This document shows positions 42,556 through 63,929 of a DNA stretch of 64,000 bases, in pieces. Under the pieces are notes generated by a model. That model searched no databases, had not been told where the DNA came from, and saw only the letters and a list, made by a program, of their open reading frames with translations. The translations under genes were made by a program, and so were the position numbers. This DNA is from an uncultured Pseudomonadota bacterium (GTDB lineage Bacteria; Myxococcota_A; Polyangia; Fen-1088). The DNA lies in assembly GCA_963725905.1 (NCBI GenBank), contig CAVSAG010000002.1:79755-143754 (forward strand), in the 5' to 3' direction. Numbering within the stretch: the stretch's first letter is position 1; each line of letters begins with the position of its first letter.

Positions 42556-43087
42556 ATGGAAAAAGCCGTCAAAGAAGAGAACATCAGCGCGCTCAAGGCG
42601 TCGCTGGCCAAGGCGACCAGCCTGGTGCTGGCCGACTTCCGCGGTATCACGGTCAAGAGCGACACCGCCCTGCGCCGCGAGTTCCGCGGCAACGGCTGCC
42701 ACTACCAGGTCGTGAAGAACACCCTCCTGGGGATCGCGGTCAAGGGGACGCCGATGGAGGGGGTCGAGAAGCTGTTCGTCGGCCCCACCGCCATCGCCTA
42801 CTCGTTCGAGGACCCCGCCGCGCCGGCCAAGGTGGCCACCAAGGTCGCCAAGGCCGAGGAGAAGTTCGTCATCAAGGGGGGCTACGTCGACGGCAAGGCG
42901 CTGGACGTCAAGGGCGTCCAGGCGCTGTCGCAGCTGCCCGGGCAAGGACGAGCTCCGGGCGACTTTCCTTGCAACTTTGCTGGCCGTGCCTCAAAACTTC
43001 CTCCGGCTCACCACCGCCGCCCAGCAGAACTTTGCCCTTCTGCTGGCTGCGCGGGAGCGCGCCCTGGCCGAAGAGGGCCCGAAGTAA
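42556..43087 (+). CDS. rplJ: 50S ribosomal protein L10, frame broken once
   Basis: The L10 N-terminal pattern runs through ...VQALSQLPG. Removing one g at 42940-42942 gives KDELRATFLATLLAVPQNFLRLTTAAQQNFALLLAARERALAEEGPK and a stop at 43085-43087. Confidence 0.9.
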
Positions 43088-43170
43088 CCCGGCCGAAACC
43101 AGAAACTGGGCTGCGGCATCCTTGTATTTTTTGAACGACCGACATAACTCACCCCGAAGGAGCGATTGAA

Positions 43171-43552
43171 ATGGCCGACGTGACGAAGGAGCAGGTTGTT
43201 AGTTTTCTTTCCCAGATGTCCGTGCTCGATCTGGCGGCGCTGACGAAGGAGCTCGAGGACAAGTGGGGCGTCAAGGCGGCTCCCGTCGCCGTGGCGGCGG
43301 CTCCGGCGGCTGGCCGGCGCGGCGGCTCCGGCCGCCGAGCAGACCGAGTTCACGGTCGTCCTCACGGATGCGGGCGCCAACAAGATCGGCGTCATCAAGG
43401 CGGTCCGCGAGGTCACCAACCTCGGCCTCAAGGAGGCCAAGGACCTGGTGGACGGCGCGCCGAAGACCGTCAAGGAAGGCGTGTCGAAGGCCGACGCCGA
43501 GACGATCAAGAAGAAGCTGACCGAGGCGGGCGCGAAGGTCGACGTCAAGTAA
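43171..43552 (+). CDS. rplL: 50S ribosomal protein L7/L12, frame broken once
   Basis: [34 protein letters not shown]..., then [71 protein letters not shown] in the +1 frame. Extra base at ~43312. Confidence 0.93.
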
Positions 43553-43697
43553 GACGACACCGCGAACAACTCGGACGGACCTTTTCAAACGTACAAAAAT
43601 CCGAAAATTTGAGGTCGGACGTTCCCCGTCTTTGACGGCAAGGGGGACGTTCGACCGTCGGCCGTTGGCGAAATTCGCAGGAATCGAAGGAGTATAG

Positions 43698-47937
<4,240 letters not shown>

Positions 47938-47941
47938 CAGC

Positions 47942-47959
47942 GCCGCCGAGCTCGGCGGC
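47942..47959 (+). other. 18-nt perfect palindrome (stem-loop) in the rpoB-rpoC spacer
   Basis: gccgccgagctcggcggc is its own reverse complement. It sits 5 nt after the rpoB TAG. Confidence 0.6.
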
Positions 47960-48015
47960 GAATAAGCAAAGTTTTAAAAAGTTCACCCAACGGTCCGCAC
48001 CAACACAGAGGCAAG

Positions 48016-52245
<4,230 letters not shown>

Positions 52246-52276
52246 CCAGAGAAAAGGCCGGGCAACAGCGGTCACG

Positions 52277-52293
52277 GCACGCCACCGGCGTGC
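52277..52293 (+). terminator. hairpin downstream of rpoC
   Basis: gcacgcc/acc/ggcgtgc: a 7-bp stem followed by aatgttgcaaatgttgg. There is no clean U-tract. Confidence 0.35.
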
Positions 52294-52403
52294 AATGTTG
52301 CAAATGTTGGCAGTGTCCGAGCTGCACGTTAGTCTCGTTCCTTGACGAGCACCGGATGGCGTCCGCGCGGCGCCCTCCGGTCGCTGAACGACAAGGAGAG
52401 ACC

Positions 52404-53225
52404 ATGCGACGAGGGAGCTCCGACGGATGGCGACGGCTGGCGATTGGTGTCATCGCCGCGATCGTCTCGATAGGGTGGTCGGTCGCGTCCCGGGCCGAGG
52501 GGGTATCGCCGCCGCCTGAGGCTCCGGTCGTCTCCCCGGCGGGGGAGGTCCCGTCCCCCCCGCCTCCGGCGCCGCCGGCTGCGCTGCCCCAGGCGGTGGA
52601 CGTTGCCTCTCCGGCGGCCGAGACGCGGCGGGTCGAGTCCGACTTCGACGTCGAGCAGCGCCGCTGGGCCCTCGGTTACGCCGGCGTCAGCATCGTTCCG
52701 ACCGGCGCAGGGTCCATCACCGTGCCGGCCGTCGGCCTGCGCTACTGGGTGAGTCCGAGCACGGGCATCGACGTCGCGCTGGGGATCAGCTGGACGGGTG
52801 GCTCGACGGACTCGGCCGGAATGAGCACCGACAAGAACGCGGTCTTCGGGCTCCTCTTTCAGGGCGGCGTGCCGTTCGTGCTGGCCACCCACCGGCACGT
52901 CAACTTCGAGGCAATCCCCTACCTGACCGTGGGCTACGGGCGGACGTCGACGGGGATGAACTACGGGTACATGACCGAGACCGACTTCAATGGGCTTCGC
53001 CTCGATGTCGGGGCGCGCGCCGGCTTCGAGGTCTTCTTCGGATTCATCGGCATTCCAGAGTTGGCGCTCTCCGCCACCGTCGGCGTTCAGTTCGAATACC
53101 TGCGGACTGGGCAGAGCATGGCCGGCGTCGACGCCTCCGACACGACGCTCTCGATCTCGACGACGGTGCAGAACAACCCGTGGGACATCTTTGCGGGGAA
53201 CATCTCCGCGCGGTACTACTTCTAG
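52404..53225 (+). CDS. outer-membrane beta-barrel protein (small OmpA/OmpW-like barrel) with Pro-rich N-terminal linker
   Basis: aaggagag RBS before the ATG at 52404. Signal peptide ...WSVASRAEG. Pro-rich linker. Alternating-hydrophobic strands follow, and the C-terminus is NISARYYF (aromatic terminal beta-signal). Confidence 0.7.
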   Translation: MRRGSSDGWRRLAIGVIAAIVSIGWSVASRAEGVSPPPEAPVVSPAGEVPSPPPPAPPAALPQAVDVASPAAETRRVESDFDVEQRRWALGYAGVSIVPTGAGSITVPAVGLRYWVSPSTGIDVALGISWTGGSTDSAGMSTDKNAVFGLLFQGGVPFVLATHRHVNFEAIPYLTVGYGRTSTGMNYGYMTETDFNGLRLDVGARAGFEVFFGFIGIPELALSATVGVQFEYLRTGQSMAGVDASDTTLSISTTVQNNPWDIFAGNISARYYF

Positions 53226-53239
53226 CTGGGGGCCGATAT

Positions 53240-53695
53240 ATGAACTTCCTGGCGGTCACGGGCCTGGCGCTCGGGGGTGTGATGCTCGTCTCCGGTTGCG
53301 GCGGTGGCACCGGCCCCGCCACACCGTTCAATCCGTTCGGGACCGACCCCTCGGGCGGGGCCAGCGAGCCGACCGGCGGTTCGAACGAAATGCCCCCGTC
53401 CGGCGGACAGGGAACACAGTCGGTCGCGCAGCTCTGCGTGGACATCTGTGCCCGCATCGAGGCGAGCTGTCCCGGCTACGCGTCGGCGAACTGCGCCTCC
53501 GGGTGCAGTCAGTCGGCGACCGAGTTCCCGAACTGTCAGGCGGATCTGGAGGCGTTCTTGAGCTGCGCGGGAACCGCTTCGCTCACCTGCACCGGGCAGT
53601 CGGTTCAGGTCCCTAGCTGCATGGCGAGCGAGCTCTCCCTGGAGAGCTGTGAAGCAAGCGGGACCAGAACCACTCCGACGGCCGGCGCGACGTAA
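53240..53695 (+). CDS. Cys-rich lipoprotein, unknown function
   Basis: MNFLAVTGLALGGVMLVSGC lipobox, then a Gly/Pro-rich linker, then a ~90-aa region with 10 further Cys (LCVDICARIEASCPGYASANCASGCSQ...SCAGTASLTCTG...SCMASELSLESC). It starts 14 nt after the OMP gene. Confidence 0.6.
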   Translation: MNFLAVTGLALGGVMLVSGCGGGTGPATPFNPFGTDPSGGASEPTGGSNEMPPSGGQGTQSVAQLCVDICARIEASCPGYASANCASGCSQSATEFPNCQADLEAFLSCAGTASLTCTGQSVQVPSCMASELSLESCEASGTRTTPTAGAT

Positions 53696-53725
53696 GGATC
53701 ACCTTCGCGCCGGCGAGGCGCGTCC

Positions 53726-54637
53726 CTACCAGAGCATCGCCGCGCCCCGGGCGCCGCTGGCGTCGCCGTGCAGCGCGCGAACGATTCGGGTGCGCAGCTG
53801 CTTGGCCACGGTGAACCGCTCCAGCTGGGTCGGGACGTTGCGAAAGATGCGCTCGTTGTTGGAGACGCCGCCGCCGAGCACGATGGCGCGCGGATCGACG
53901 AGGTTGATCACCATCGCCAGCGCACGCGCCAGCCAGTCCTCGTAGCAGAGAAAGGCCCGCTGGGCGACCGGGTCGCCGGCGGCCTCCCGGCGCCCGACCT
54001 CCGCGCCGTCGAGGTCCTGCCCCCCGAGGCGGCGATAGACCGCCGCCAGGCCACGGCCCGAAATGAACGATTCGATGCAGCCGGGCTGTCCGCAGAAGCA
54101 GACGTACGGCGACTCTTCACCGGTCTGCAGAAAGGGGAGGGTGGTGTGGCTCCATTCGGTGGCGGCGCCGTTCTCGCCGATGAGGACGCGTCCGTCGACG
54201 ACGATGCCGCCGCCGACGCCTGTGCCCAGCGTGGCGCCGAAGACGACGTCGGGGCGCGACCTGTCGGCAGCGGCGGGGGCCGCGGCGGCGCCATCGATGG
54301 CCTCCGACAGGACGAAGCACTTGGCGTCGTTGGCCAGCCGAACCGGGCGACGCAGGGCGGCCTCCAGATCCTTGTCGAGCGGCCGATCGTTGAGGCTCTG
54401 CAGGTTCGAGTTCCGGATGACCCCGCGCCCCGGTTGCAGGAACCCCGGGGTTCCCACGCCGACGGTTGCGTTACCACCGGCGGCCTGGCTCAGGCGCCCG
54501 ACGACCTCGCCAACCGCCGCCAGCACCTCGCCGTACGCGGCCGGGGTGGCGACCCGCTCGCGCGTGATCTCCCGCCCGTCGCTCCCCATCAGGAGGCCTT
54601 CTATCTTGGTGCCGCCAACGTCGATGCCTATCCGCAC
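53726..54637 (-). CDS. ROK-family sugar kinase (N-acetylglucosamine kinase/glucokinase-like)
   Basis: VRIGIDVGGTKIEG, ANDAKCF, GTGVGGGIV, and the Zn motif CFCGQPGCIESFISG. GTG at 54637 gives ~303 aa; the ORF track extends to 54673. Confidence 0.82.
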   Translation of the reverse strand: MRIGIDVGGTKIEGLLMGSDGREITRERVATPAAYGEVLAAVGEVVGRLSQAAGGNATVGVGTPGFLQPGRGVIRNSNLQSLNDRPLDKDLEAALRRPVRLANDAKCFVLSEAIDGAAAAPAAADRSRPDVVFGATLGTGVGGGIVVDGRVLIGENGAATEWSHTTLPFLQTGEESPYVCFCGQPGCIESFISGRGLAAVYRRLGGQDLDGAEVGRREAAGDPVAQRAFLCYEDWLARALAMVINLVDPRAIVLGGGVSNNERIFRNVPTQLERFTVAKQLRTRIVRALHGDASGARGAAMLW

Positions 54638-54681
54638 GCCGCCAAGATGGCACCCCCAGCCCAGGCTTTGCAAATGTCGCC

Positions 54682-56478
54682 GTGAGCCGCTTGCGCCTGG
54701 GGGGAGGTCGAGGCCAGAATAGCGACCTATTGTCGTCGTGTCGTTGGTGGTTTTCGCGCCTCGCTTTCTTGACCGTCGGGACCGCTCTGTTGCTTTCCGC
54801 GCTGGCCCCGTCCGCCGCGCGCGCGCAGTCGTGCATGACGCTCCAGTACCAGTTCCAGCCGGACTGCTACCGACCCGACGAGAGCTCGGACTGCGTGCAG
54901 TCGGTCGCCCGGATGGACCTTGGACCCCAGATCGCCGTCTGGGTGCAGGACGGCTCGGGAAAGTTCGTCGACACGCTGCTGGTTACCAACGCCACGGCCC
55001 GGCGCGGGATCGGCAACCGCCCTGGACGGTGGGACTTCCTGTCCGGTCCGCTGTTTCCTTATGGCAAGCGGGTCATGGCGCTCCCGATCTGGGCGCATGC
55101 TCGAGGCAAGACCTATTCGACGCTCATGATGCAGGAGGCGATCTGCGCCGTCGGTGGCCCGGGCTACCCGGGCGAGAGCTGCCTCGGCTGGCACGAGGGC
55201 TACTCGTCGCAGGAGCTTTATTACTGCCGGCCGCTGCAGATGATGGAGGCGCAGGCGGCCATCGGAACCACCGTCGACGCCATCACCTGTCCAACCAAGT
55301 TCAACAGTGAGAAGGGGAAGTTCGATCCGACCACCCCGTCGTACTACCCGCCGCGCAGTGACCTGACCAGCTTCGGGTCGAACGACGGTTCCGATCCGCC
55401 GACCTTCGCCGCGATCAACGACCTCGACGCGGTGGCGGCGGCGACCCCCTCCTATGGCGCTCCCTATGGCGGCACCTGGGCGGTCCCCGGGGACCTGCCG
55501 CCGGGCGACTACGCGCTGATGGTCGAGGTGAACAAGGAGTTCGACACCAACGCCGCGCACGACCACCCGGACTTCGTCGACGACAACCTTTCCAGCTACG
55601 GCACCGAGCACAACTTCGGCCAACCATCCGTGGTCTACAAGGTTCCCCTCCACATCGACGTCACCACGCCGACCATGGACGCCGCCGCCGTTTCGGAGAT
55701 CGCCGGCTACGGAGACTGGACCGGCGCGACCGGCACCCTCAATCCGCGCGACACCTCGATCTCGACCGGCGTCCCGGGCTCGGGTGAGGGGCGGCTCTTG
55801 ACCACCAGCGCGAATGGGCTCAGCGGCCGGGTGATCGCCAGCGTCTCTCCCTGCCTGATCGTCTGTCCGACGGTGCCCGCGCCCCCCGGTGCGGTCACCA
55901 ACCTCGGGGTGTCGACCAGCGGCCTGGGGGCCACGTCCGTGATCCTCCAGTTCGACAACGCCGCTCCGAACGAGGCGCCGGTCACGAGGTACGACGTCCG
56001 CTATCTGCCGGGGCCGACGCTGACGGACGCCCAGCTCGGTTCCGCGATCCCCGCGTCGTCGGTGTCGTCGGGGATGCCCGGGACGCCCGCGTCGGTGAAG
56101 ATCATGTCTCTCAAGCCCGACACCCAGTACACGGTGGCGGTGACGGCCTTCGATCAATGCAACAAGTCGTCTCCGACGGTGACGTTCACCTTCACCACCC
56201 CGGCCATGAAGTTCACCCAGCTGTCGGGCTGCTTCGTGGCGACCGCGGCCTGGGGCTCGGCGATGGCGCCGGACGTGGCGGCCATGCGGAAGGTGCGCGA
56301 CCGACTGCGCCCCGCCAGCACGATGTTCGCGGTGGCGACTGACCTCTACTACCGCAGCGGTCCCGCCGCGGCCGAGGTTCTGCGGCGCAGCGACACGGCC
56401 CGGGCCCTGGTCCGCCGCCTGCTCGGGCCGGTCGGCGCCGCCTCCCAGGCGGCGGTGGCGCTGGCCCAGACCCGCTGA
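54682..56478 (+). CDS. secreted protein: DUF2271-like N-terminal region + fibronectin type III domain + C-terminal CF(I/V)ATAA-box domain
   Basis: Signal peptide ...LLLSALAPSAARA; an alternative TTG start at 54730 fits it better. N-terminal IAVWVQDGSGKFVDTLLVT...GDYALMVEVNKEF. FN3-like PGAVTNLGVSTSGLGATSVILQF...YDVRY...LKPDTQYTVAVTAFD. C-terminal GCFVATAAWGS...MRKVRDRL...DLYYRSGPAAA. Confidence 0.65.
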   Translation: MSRLRLGGGRGQNSDLLSSCRWWFSRLAFLTVGTALLLSALAPSAARAQSCMTLQYQFQPDCYRPDESSDCVQSVARMDLGPQIAVWVQDGSGKFVDTLLVTNATARRGIGNRPGRWDFLSGPLFPYGKRVMALPIWAHARGKTYSTLMMQEAICAVGGPGYPGESCLGWHEGYSSQELYYCRPLQMMEAQAAIGTTVDAITCPTKFNSEKGKFDPTTPSYYPPRSDLTSFGSNDGSDPPTFAAINDLDAVAAATPSYGAPYGGTWAVPGDLPPGDYALMVEVNKEFDTNAAHDHPDFVDDNLSSYGTEHNFGQPSVVYKVPLHIDVTTPTMDAAAVSEIAGYGDWTGATGTLNPRDTSISTGVPGSGEGRLLTTSANGLSGRVIASVSPCLIVCPTVPAPPGAVTNLGVSTSGLGATSVILQFDNAAPNEAPVTRYDVRYLPGPTLTDAQLGSAIPASSVSSGMPGTPASVKIMSLKPDTQYTVAVTAFDQCNKSSPTVTFTFTTPAMKFTQLSGCFVATAAWGSAMAPDVAAMRKVRDRLRPASTMFAVATDLYYRSGPAAAEVLRRSDTARALVRRLLGPVGAASQAAVALAQTR

Positions 56479-56539
56479 CCCCGGACCGCTGGCGGCTGAC
56501 CACTGGCGGCGAAGGCTTTTCGGCCTTTCAAACCGCCGA

Positions 56540-56567
56540 TTGACAAGCGACGCGCTATCCCTATAAT
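56540..56567 (+). promoter_or_regulatory. near-consensus sigma70 promoter of the str (rpsL) operon
   Basis: TTGACA (56540-56545), a 16-nt spacer, TATAAT (56562-56567). It lies ~75 nt upstream of the rpsL ATG. Confidence 0.65.
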
Positions 56568-56643
56568 CCCTCCCTCTTTGGCGCCCGTGGTCTGCGCGGG
56601 CACCGTTCGATTTTAGCGACAAACACCGAGGTTTTTGCCCCAG

Positions 56644-57015
<372 letters not shown>

Positions 57016-57052
57016 CTCCCAAGACGCCACTCGAAAGACCAAAAGAGAAGAC

Positions 57053-57544
57053 ATGCCCCGCAAAGGTGAAGTTCCCAAGCGCAAGCCGCTTCCCGATCCG
57101 AAGTTCACGGATCAGCCGGTCGATACGCGCCGCCGCGTGACCAAGTTCGTCAACACCATCATGAGCTCGGGCAAGAAGGCGGTCGCCGAGCAGATCGTTT
57201 ACCGCGCGTTCGACATCATCGCCGAGAAGGCCAAGGACGATCCGGTAAAGGTCTGGGATCGCGCGCTCAGCAACGTGCAGCCCAAGGTCGAGGTGAAGTC
57301 GCGGCGCGTCGGTGGCGCGACCTATCAGGTGCCCGTCGACGTTCGCCCGGACCGGGCTCTGGCCCTGGGGATGCGCTGGATCATCTCGGCCGCCCGCGAC
57401 CGTTCCGACGGTCGGACGATGCAGGAGAAGCTGGCGGGTGAGCTGCTCGACGCCTCGTCCAACAAGGGCAACGCGGTCAAGAAGCGCGAGGACACCCACA
57501 AGATGGCGGACGCCAACAAGGCGTTCGCGCATTACCGCTGGTAA
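57053..57544 (+). CDS. rpsG: 30S ribosomal protein S7
   Basis: 163-aa ORF: [29 protein letters not shown]...NKAFAHYRW. Confidence 0.97.
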   Translation: MPRKGEVPKRKPLPDPKFTDQPVDTRRRVTKFVNTIMSSGKKAVAEQIVYRAFDIIAEKAKDDPVKVWDRALSNVQPKVEVKSRRVGGATYQVPVDVRPDRALALGMRWIISAARDRSDGRTMQEKLAGELLDASSNKGNAVKKREDTHKMADANKAFAHYRW

Positions 57545-57682
57545 TTTCTCAATTTTCGCATAAATTTCGCGGCACTTTTTAGCTCTTCACCCTCGGACAC
57601 AACGGCGGACCTGACGGGTTCCGTCGCCGGTTAACCCGGTGGACGGAAAACGGCTGAGCGTCGGAAAGGCAACTCGGCAGTC

Positions 57683-59755
<2,073 letters not shown>

Positions 59756-59761
59756 GGAGAG

Positions 59762-60989
<1,228 letters not shown>

Positions 60990-60991
60990 AG

Positions 60992-61297
<306 letters not shown>

Positions 61298-61314
61298 GCG
61301 GCAGAAGGCATCCC

Positions 61315-61959
61315 ATGCAGATCGACATCGTCAACATCGAAGGCAAGAAGGTCGGGTCGGCCGACCTGGCGGACGCCGTGTTCGGCGCCAAGGTGAAGGA
61401 CTATCTCCTCTGGGAGATGGTGAAGGCGCAGCAGGCCGCCAAGCGCGCCGGCACGCACGACACCAAGACCCGTGACGAGGTCCGTGGCGGCGGCAAGAAG
61501 CCGTACAAGCAGAAGGGGACCGGCAACGCCCGACAGGGCTCGAGCCGCGCCCCCAACCACGTCGGCGGCGGCAAGGTATTCGGGCCGCACCCGCGCGACT
61601 ATTCGTACAACGTTCCCAAGAAGGTGAAGCGGGCCGCGTTGGCGTCTGCGCTCTCGCTCAGGGCGCAGGAAAAAAAGTTGGTCGTCGTCGACAAGCTGCC
61701 GTTCGAGACCCCCAAGACCAAGCGGCTGGCCGGCATCCTCAAGGTGCTGGGCGTCGAGTCGGCGGTGGTGGTCGACGGCAAGGAGAACGCCAACCTCTCG
61801 AAGTCGGTGCGCAACCTCCCGAAGTCGAAGTACCTGGCGCCCGAGGGGCTCAACGTCTACGACATCCTCAAACACAGCGGCCTGGTGATCGCGGCCGACG
61901 CCATCAAGCAGGTCGAGGCGCGCGTGATCGCGCCGCCGTCGAAGGCGCCAAAGGCGTAA
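61315..61959 (+). CDS. rplD: 50S ribosomal protein L4
   Basis: [39 protein letters not shown] is the L4 signature. It starts 17 nt after rpsJ. Confidence 0.95.
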   Translation: MQIDIVNIEGKKVGSADLADAVFGAKVKDYLLWEMVKAQQAAKRAGTHDTKTRDEVRGGGKKPYKQKGTGNARQGSSRAPNHVGGGKVFGPHPRDYSYNVPKKVKRAALASALSLRAQEKKLVVVDKLPFETPKTKRLAGILKVLGVESAVVVDGKENANLSKSVRNLPKSKYLAPEGLNVYDILKHSGLVIAADAIKQVEARVIAPPSKAPKA

Positions 61960-61970
61960 GGAACGAAGCC

Positions 61971-62306
61971 ATGCGGACACCCGAAGAGATCATCAAGCGC
62001 CCCCTGCTCACCGAGAAGGGGACCCTGCTCAAGGAGACCGGCGGCCAGTCGGGCGCCGGCGGCGAGGTCGATCCCGAGACGCTCAAGTCGCAGCTGCTGT
62101 TCGAGGTCGCGCGCGACGCCAACAAGATCGAGATCCGCCACGCGGTCGAGAAGCTCTGGAATGTCGACGTGCTCTCCGTCCGCACCTCTGTCGTGCGCGG
62201 CAAAGAGAAGCGGATGGGCCGATACATCGGTCGCCGCTCGAACTGGAAGAAGGCCATCGTGACCATCGCGCCGGGCCAGAACATCGAGTTCTTCGAGGGA
62301 GTGTAA
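61971..62306 (+). CDS. rplW: 50S ribosomal protein L23
   Basis: 111 aa: [12 protein letters not shown]...[24 protein letters not shown]...[10 protein letters not shown]. Confidence 0.95.
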   Translation: MRTPEEIIKRPLLTEKGTLLKETGGQSGAGGEVDPETLKSQLLFEVARDANKIEIRHAVEKLWNVDVLSVRTSVVRGKEKRMGRYIGRRSNWKKAIVTIAPGQNIEFFEGV

Positions 62307-62315
62307 GGAGCAGCC

Positions 62316-63149
62316 ATGGGTCTTCGTCCACACAACGCCACCACGCCGGGAAGCCGCGGCCGGGTCGCCCCGGACTTCTCGGAGCTGTCGCAGGGTAACG
62401 AGCCGGAGAGATCGCTCACCGAGCAGATGTCCCGGACCGGCGGCCGCAACAACAACGGCCGCATCACCTCGCGCTTCCGCGGTGGCGGCCACAAGCGGCG
62501 CTTCCGTCTCATCGACTTCAAGCGCAACAAGGTCGGCGTGCCGGCGACGGTCGCCACCGTCGAGTACGATCCGAACCGTACGGCGCGCATCGCGCTCCTG
62601 CACTACGCCGACGGCGAGAAGCGCTACATCCTTTGCCCCGACGGGCTCAAGGTCGGTGACGCCGTCCTCTCGTCGCGCAACGCCGACATCAAGCCGGGGA
62701 ACAACCTGCCGATCCGGTTCATCCCGCTCGGCACGACGATCCACAACATCGAGCTCAAGATCTCGGGCGGCGCGCAGATGTGCCGCTCGGCCGGCGTCGG
62801 CGCCCAGGTCATGGCCAAGGAGGGGGACTGGGGGCAGATTCGCTTGCCCTCCGGCGAGACCCGCCGCGTCCACCTCGACTGTCGCGCCACGGTCGGCCAG
62901 GTCGGCAACATCGAGCACGCCTCGGTGCACGTCGGCAAGGCAGGCCGCACGCGTTGGAAGGGGCGCCGCCCGCACAACCGCGGCGTCACCATGAACCCGG
63001 TTGATCACCCGATGGGCGGCGGCGAAGGCCGTTCGTCCGGCGGCCGTCACCCCTGCTCGCCGTGGGGCCAGCTCTCGAAGGGCCTCAAGACGCGGCAGAA
63101 CAAACGAACCGACGCGATGATCGTCAAGCACCGCGGCAAAAAAGCGTAG
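62316..63149 (+). CDS. rplB: 50S ribosomal protein L2
   Basis: 277 aa: [46 protein letters not shown]. Confidence 0.97.
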   Translation: MGLRPHNATTPGSRGRVAPDFSELSQGNEPERSLTEQMSRTGGRNNNGRITSRFRGGGHKRRFRLIDFKRNKVGVPATVATVEYDPNRTARIALLHYADGEKRYILCPDGLKVGDAVLSSRNADIKPGNNLPIRFIPLGTTIHNIELKISGGAQMCRSAGVGAQVMAKEGDWGQIRLPSGETRRVHLDCRATVGQVGNIEHASVHVGKAGRTRWKGRRPHNRGVTMNPVDHPMGGGEGRSSGGRHPCSPWGQLSKGLKTRQNKRTDAMIVKHRGKKA

Positions 63150-63168
63150 ACAGGACTAAGGACTCACC

Positions 63169-63522
63169 ATGGCTCGTTCAGTCAAAAAAGGTCCGTTCGT
63201 CGACACCAGCCTCATGAAGAAGGTCGTCGACATGCAGCGGCAGAAGTCGAAGAAGGTCCTCAAGACCTGGTCACGCCGTTCCACGATCATCCCCGAGATG
63301 CTGGGAATGACCTTCGCCGTTCACAACGGGCGCAAGTTCGTCCCGGTGTTCACGACGGAGAACATGGTCGGCCACAAGCTGGGTGAGTTTTCGCCCACGC
63401 GCACGTTCCACGGCCACTCGGGCGAGCGCAAGGCGTCGTCTGGCGGTGGTGGTGGCGGCGGCGGCGGCGGCGCGCCAGGGTCGGCCCCGGCTGCTCCCGC
63501 GGCTGGCGCGGCAAAAAAGTAA
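63169..63522 (+). CDS. rpsS: 30S ribosomal protein S19 with Gly/Ala-rich C-terminal extension
   Basis: [12 protein letters not shown]...[25 protein letters not shown]...[13 protein letters not shown], then the extension [36 protein letters not shown]. Confidence 0.95.
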   Translation: MARSVKKGPFVDTSLMKKVVDMQRQKSKKVLKTWSRRSTIIPEMLGMTFAVHNGRKFVPVFTTENMVGHKLGEFSPTRTFHGHSGERKASSGGGGGGGGGGAPGSAPAAPAAGAAKK

Positions 63523-63543
63523 CGACGACGAGGAGAGACGCTC

Positions 63544-63888
63544 ATGGCACGCGCAATTTTGAGACGCTTTCGTGAATCGCCCCGCAAGGTGCGTGCGGTT
63601 GCTGACATGATCCGCGGGCGCTCGGTCGATGATGCGATGTCGATCCTGCGGCTGCAGCAGCGCAAGGCGGCTCGCATGCTGAGCAAGGTCCTCGACTCGG
63701 CGATCGCCAATGCGACCGAGAACGAGAAGGCCGACGCCGACAAGCTGTTCGTCACGAAGGTGTTCATCGACGGCGGTCCGACGACGCGGCGCTGGATGGC
63801 GCGCTCGATGGGCCGCGCCAACCGGTTGATCAGCCGCACCTCGCACGTCACGGTCGAAGTCGACGTCCTCAGCGGTAAGCAAGGTTAG
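63544..63888 (+). CDS. rplV: 50S ribosomal protein L22
   Basis: 114 aa: SPRKVRAVADMIRGRSVDDAMSILRL...IDGGPTTRRWMARSMGRANRLISRTSHVTV. Confidence 0.96.
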   Translation: MARAILRRFRESPRKVRAVADMIRGRSVDDAMSILRLQQRKAARMLSKVLDSAIANATENEKADADKLFVTKVFIDGGPTTRRWMARSMGRANRLISRTSHVTVEVDVLSGKQG

Positions 63889-63929
63889 TAAGAAGCGGCA
63901 AGGCACAAGGCAAGGGAAAAGGAATCTAG

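Noticed and set aside
52246-56643. The rpoC-rpsL insert as a mobile element or genomic island.
   Set aside because: No integrase, transposase or recombinase. No flanking direct or inverted repeats, no adjacent tRNA target, and no visible change in composition or codon style. I can only call it an insertion relative to the common gene order.
57545-57682. The AT-rich 138-nt rpsG-fusA spacer as a possible sRNA or leader element.
   Set aside because: It contains only weak, imperfect hairpins and no promoter-like hexamers of good quality. Spacers of this size occur in str operons.
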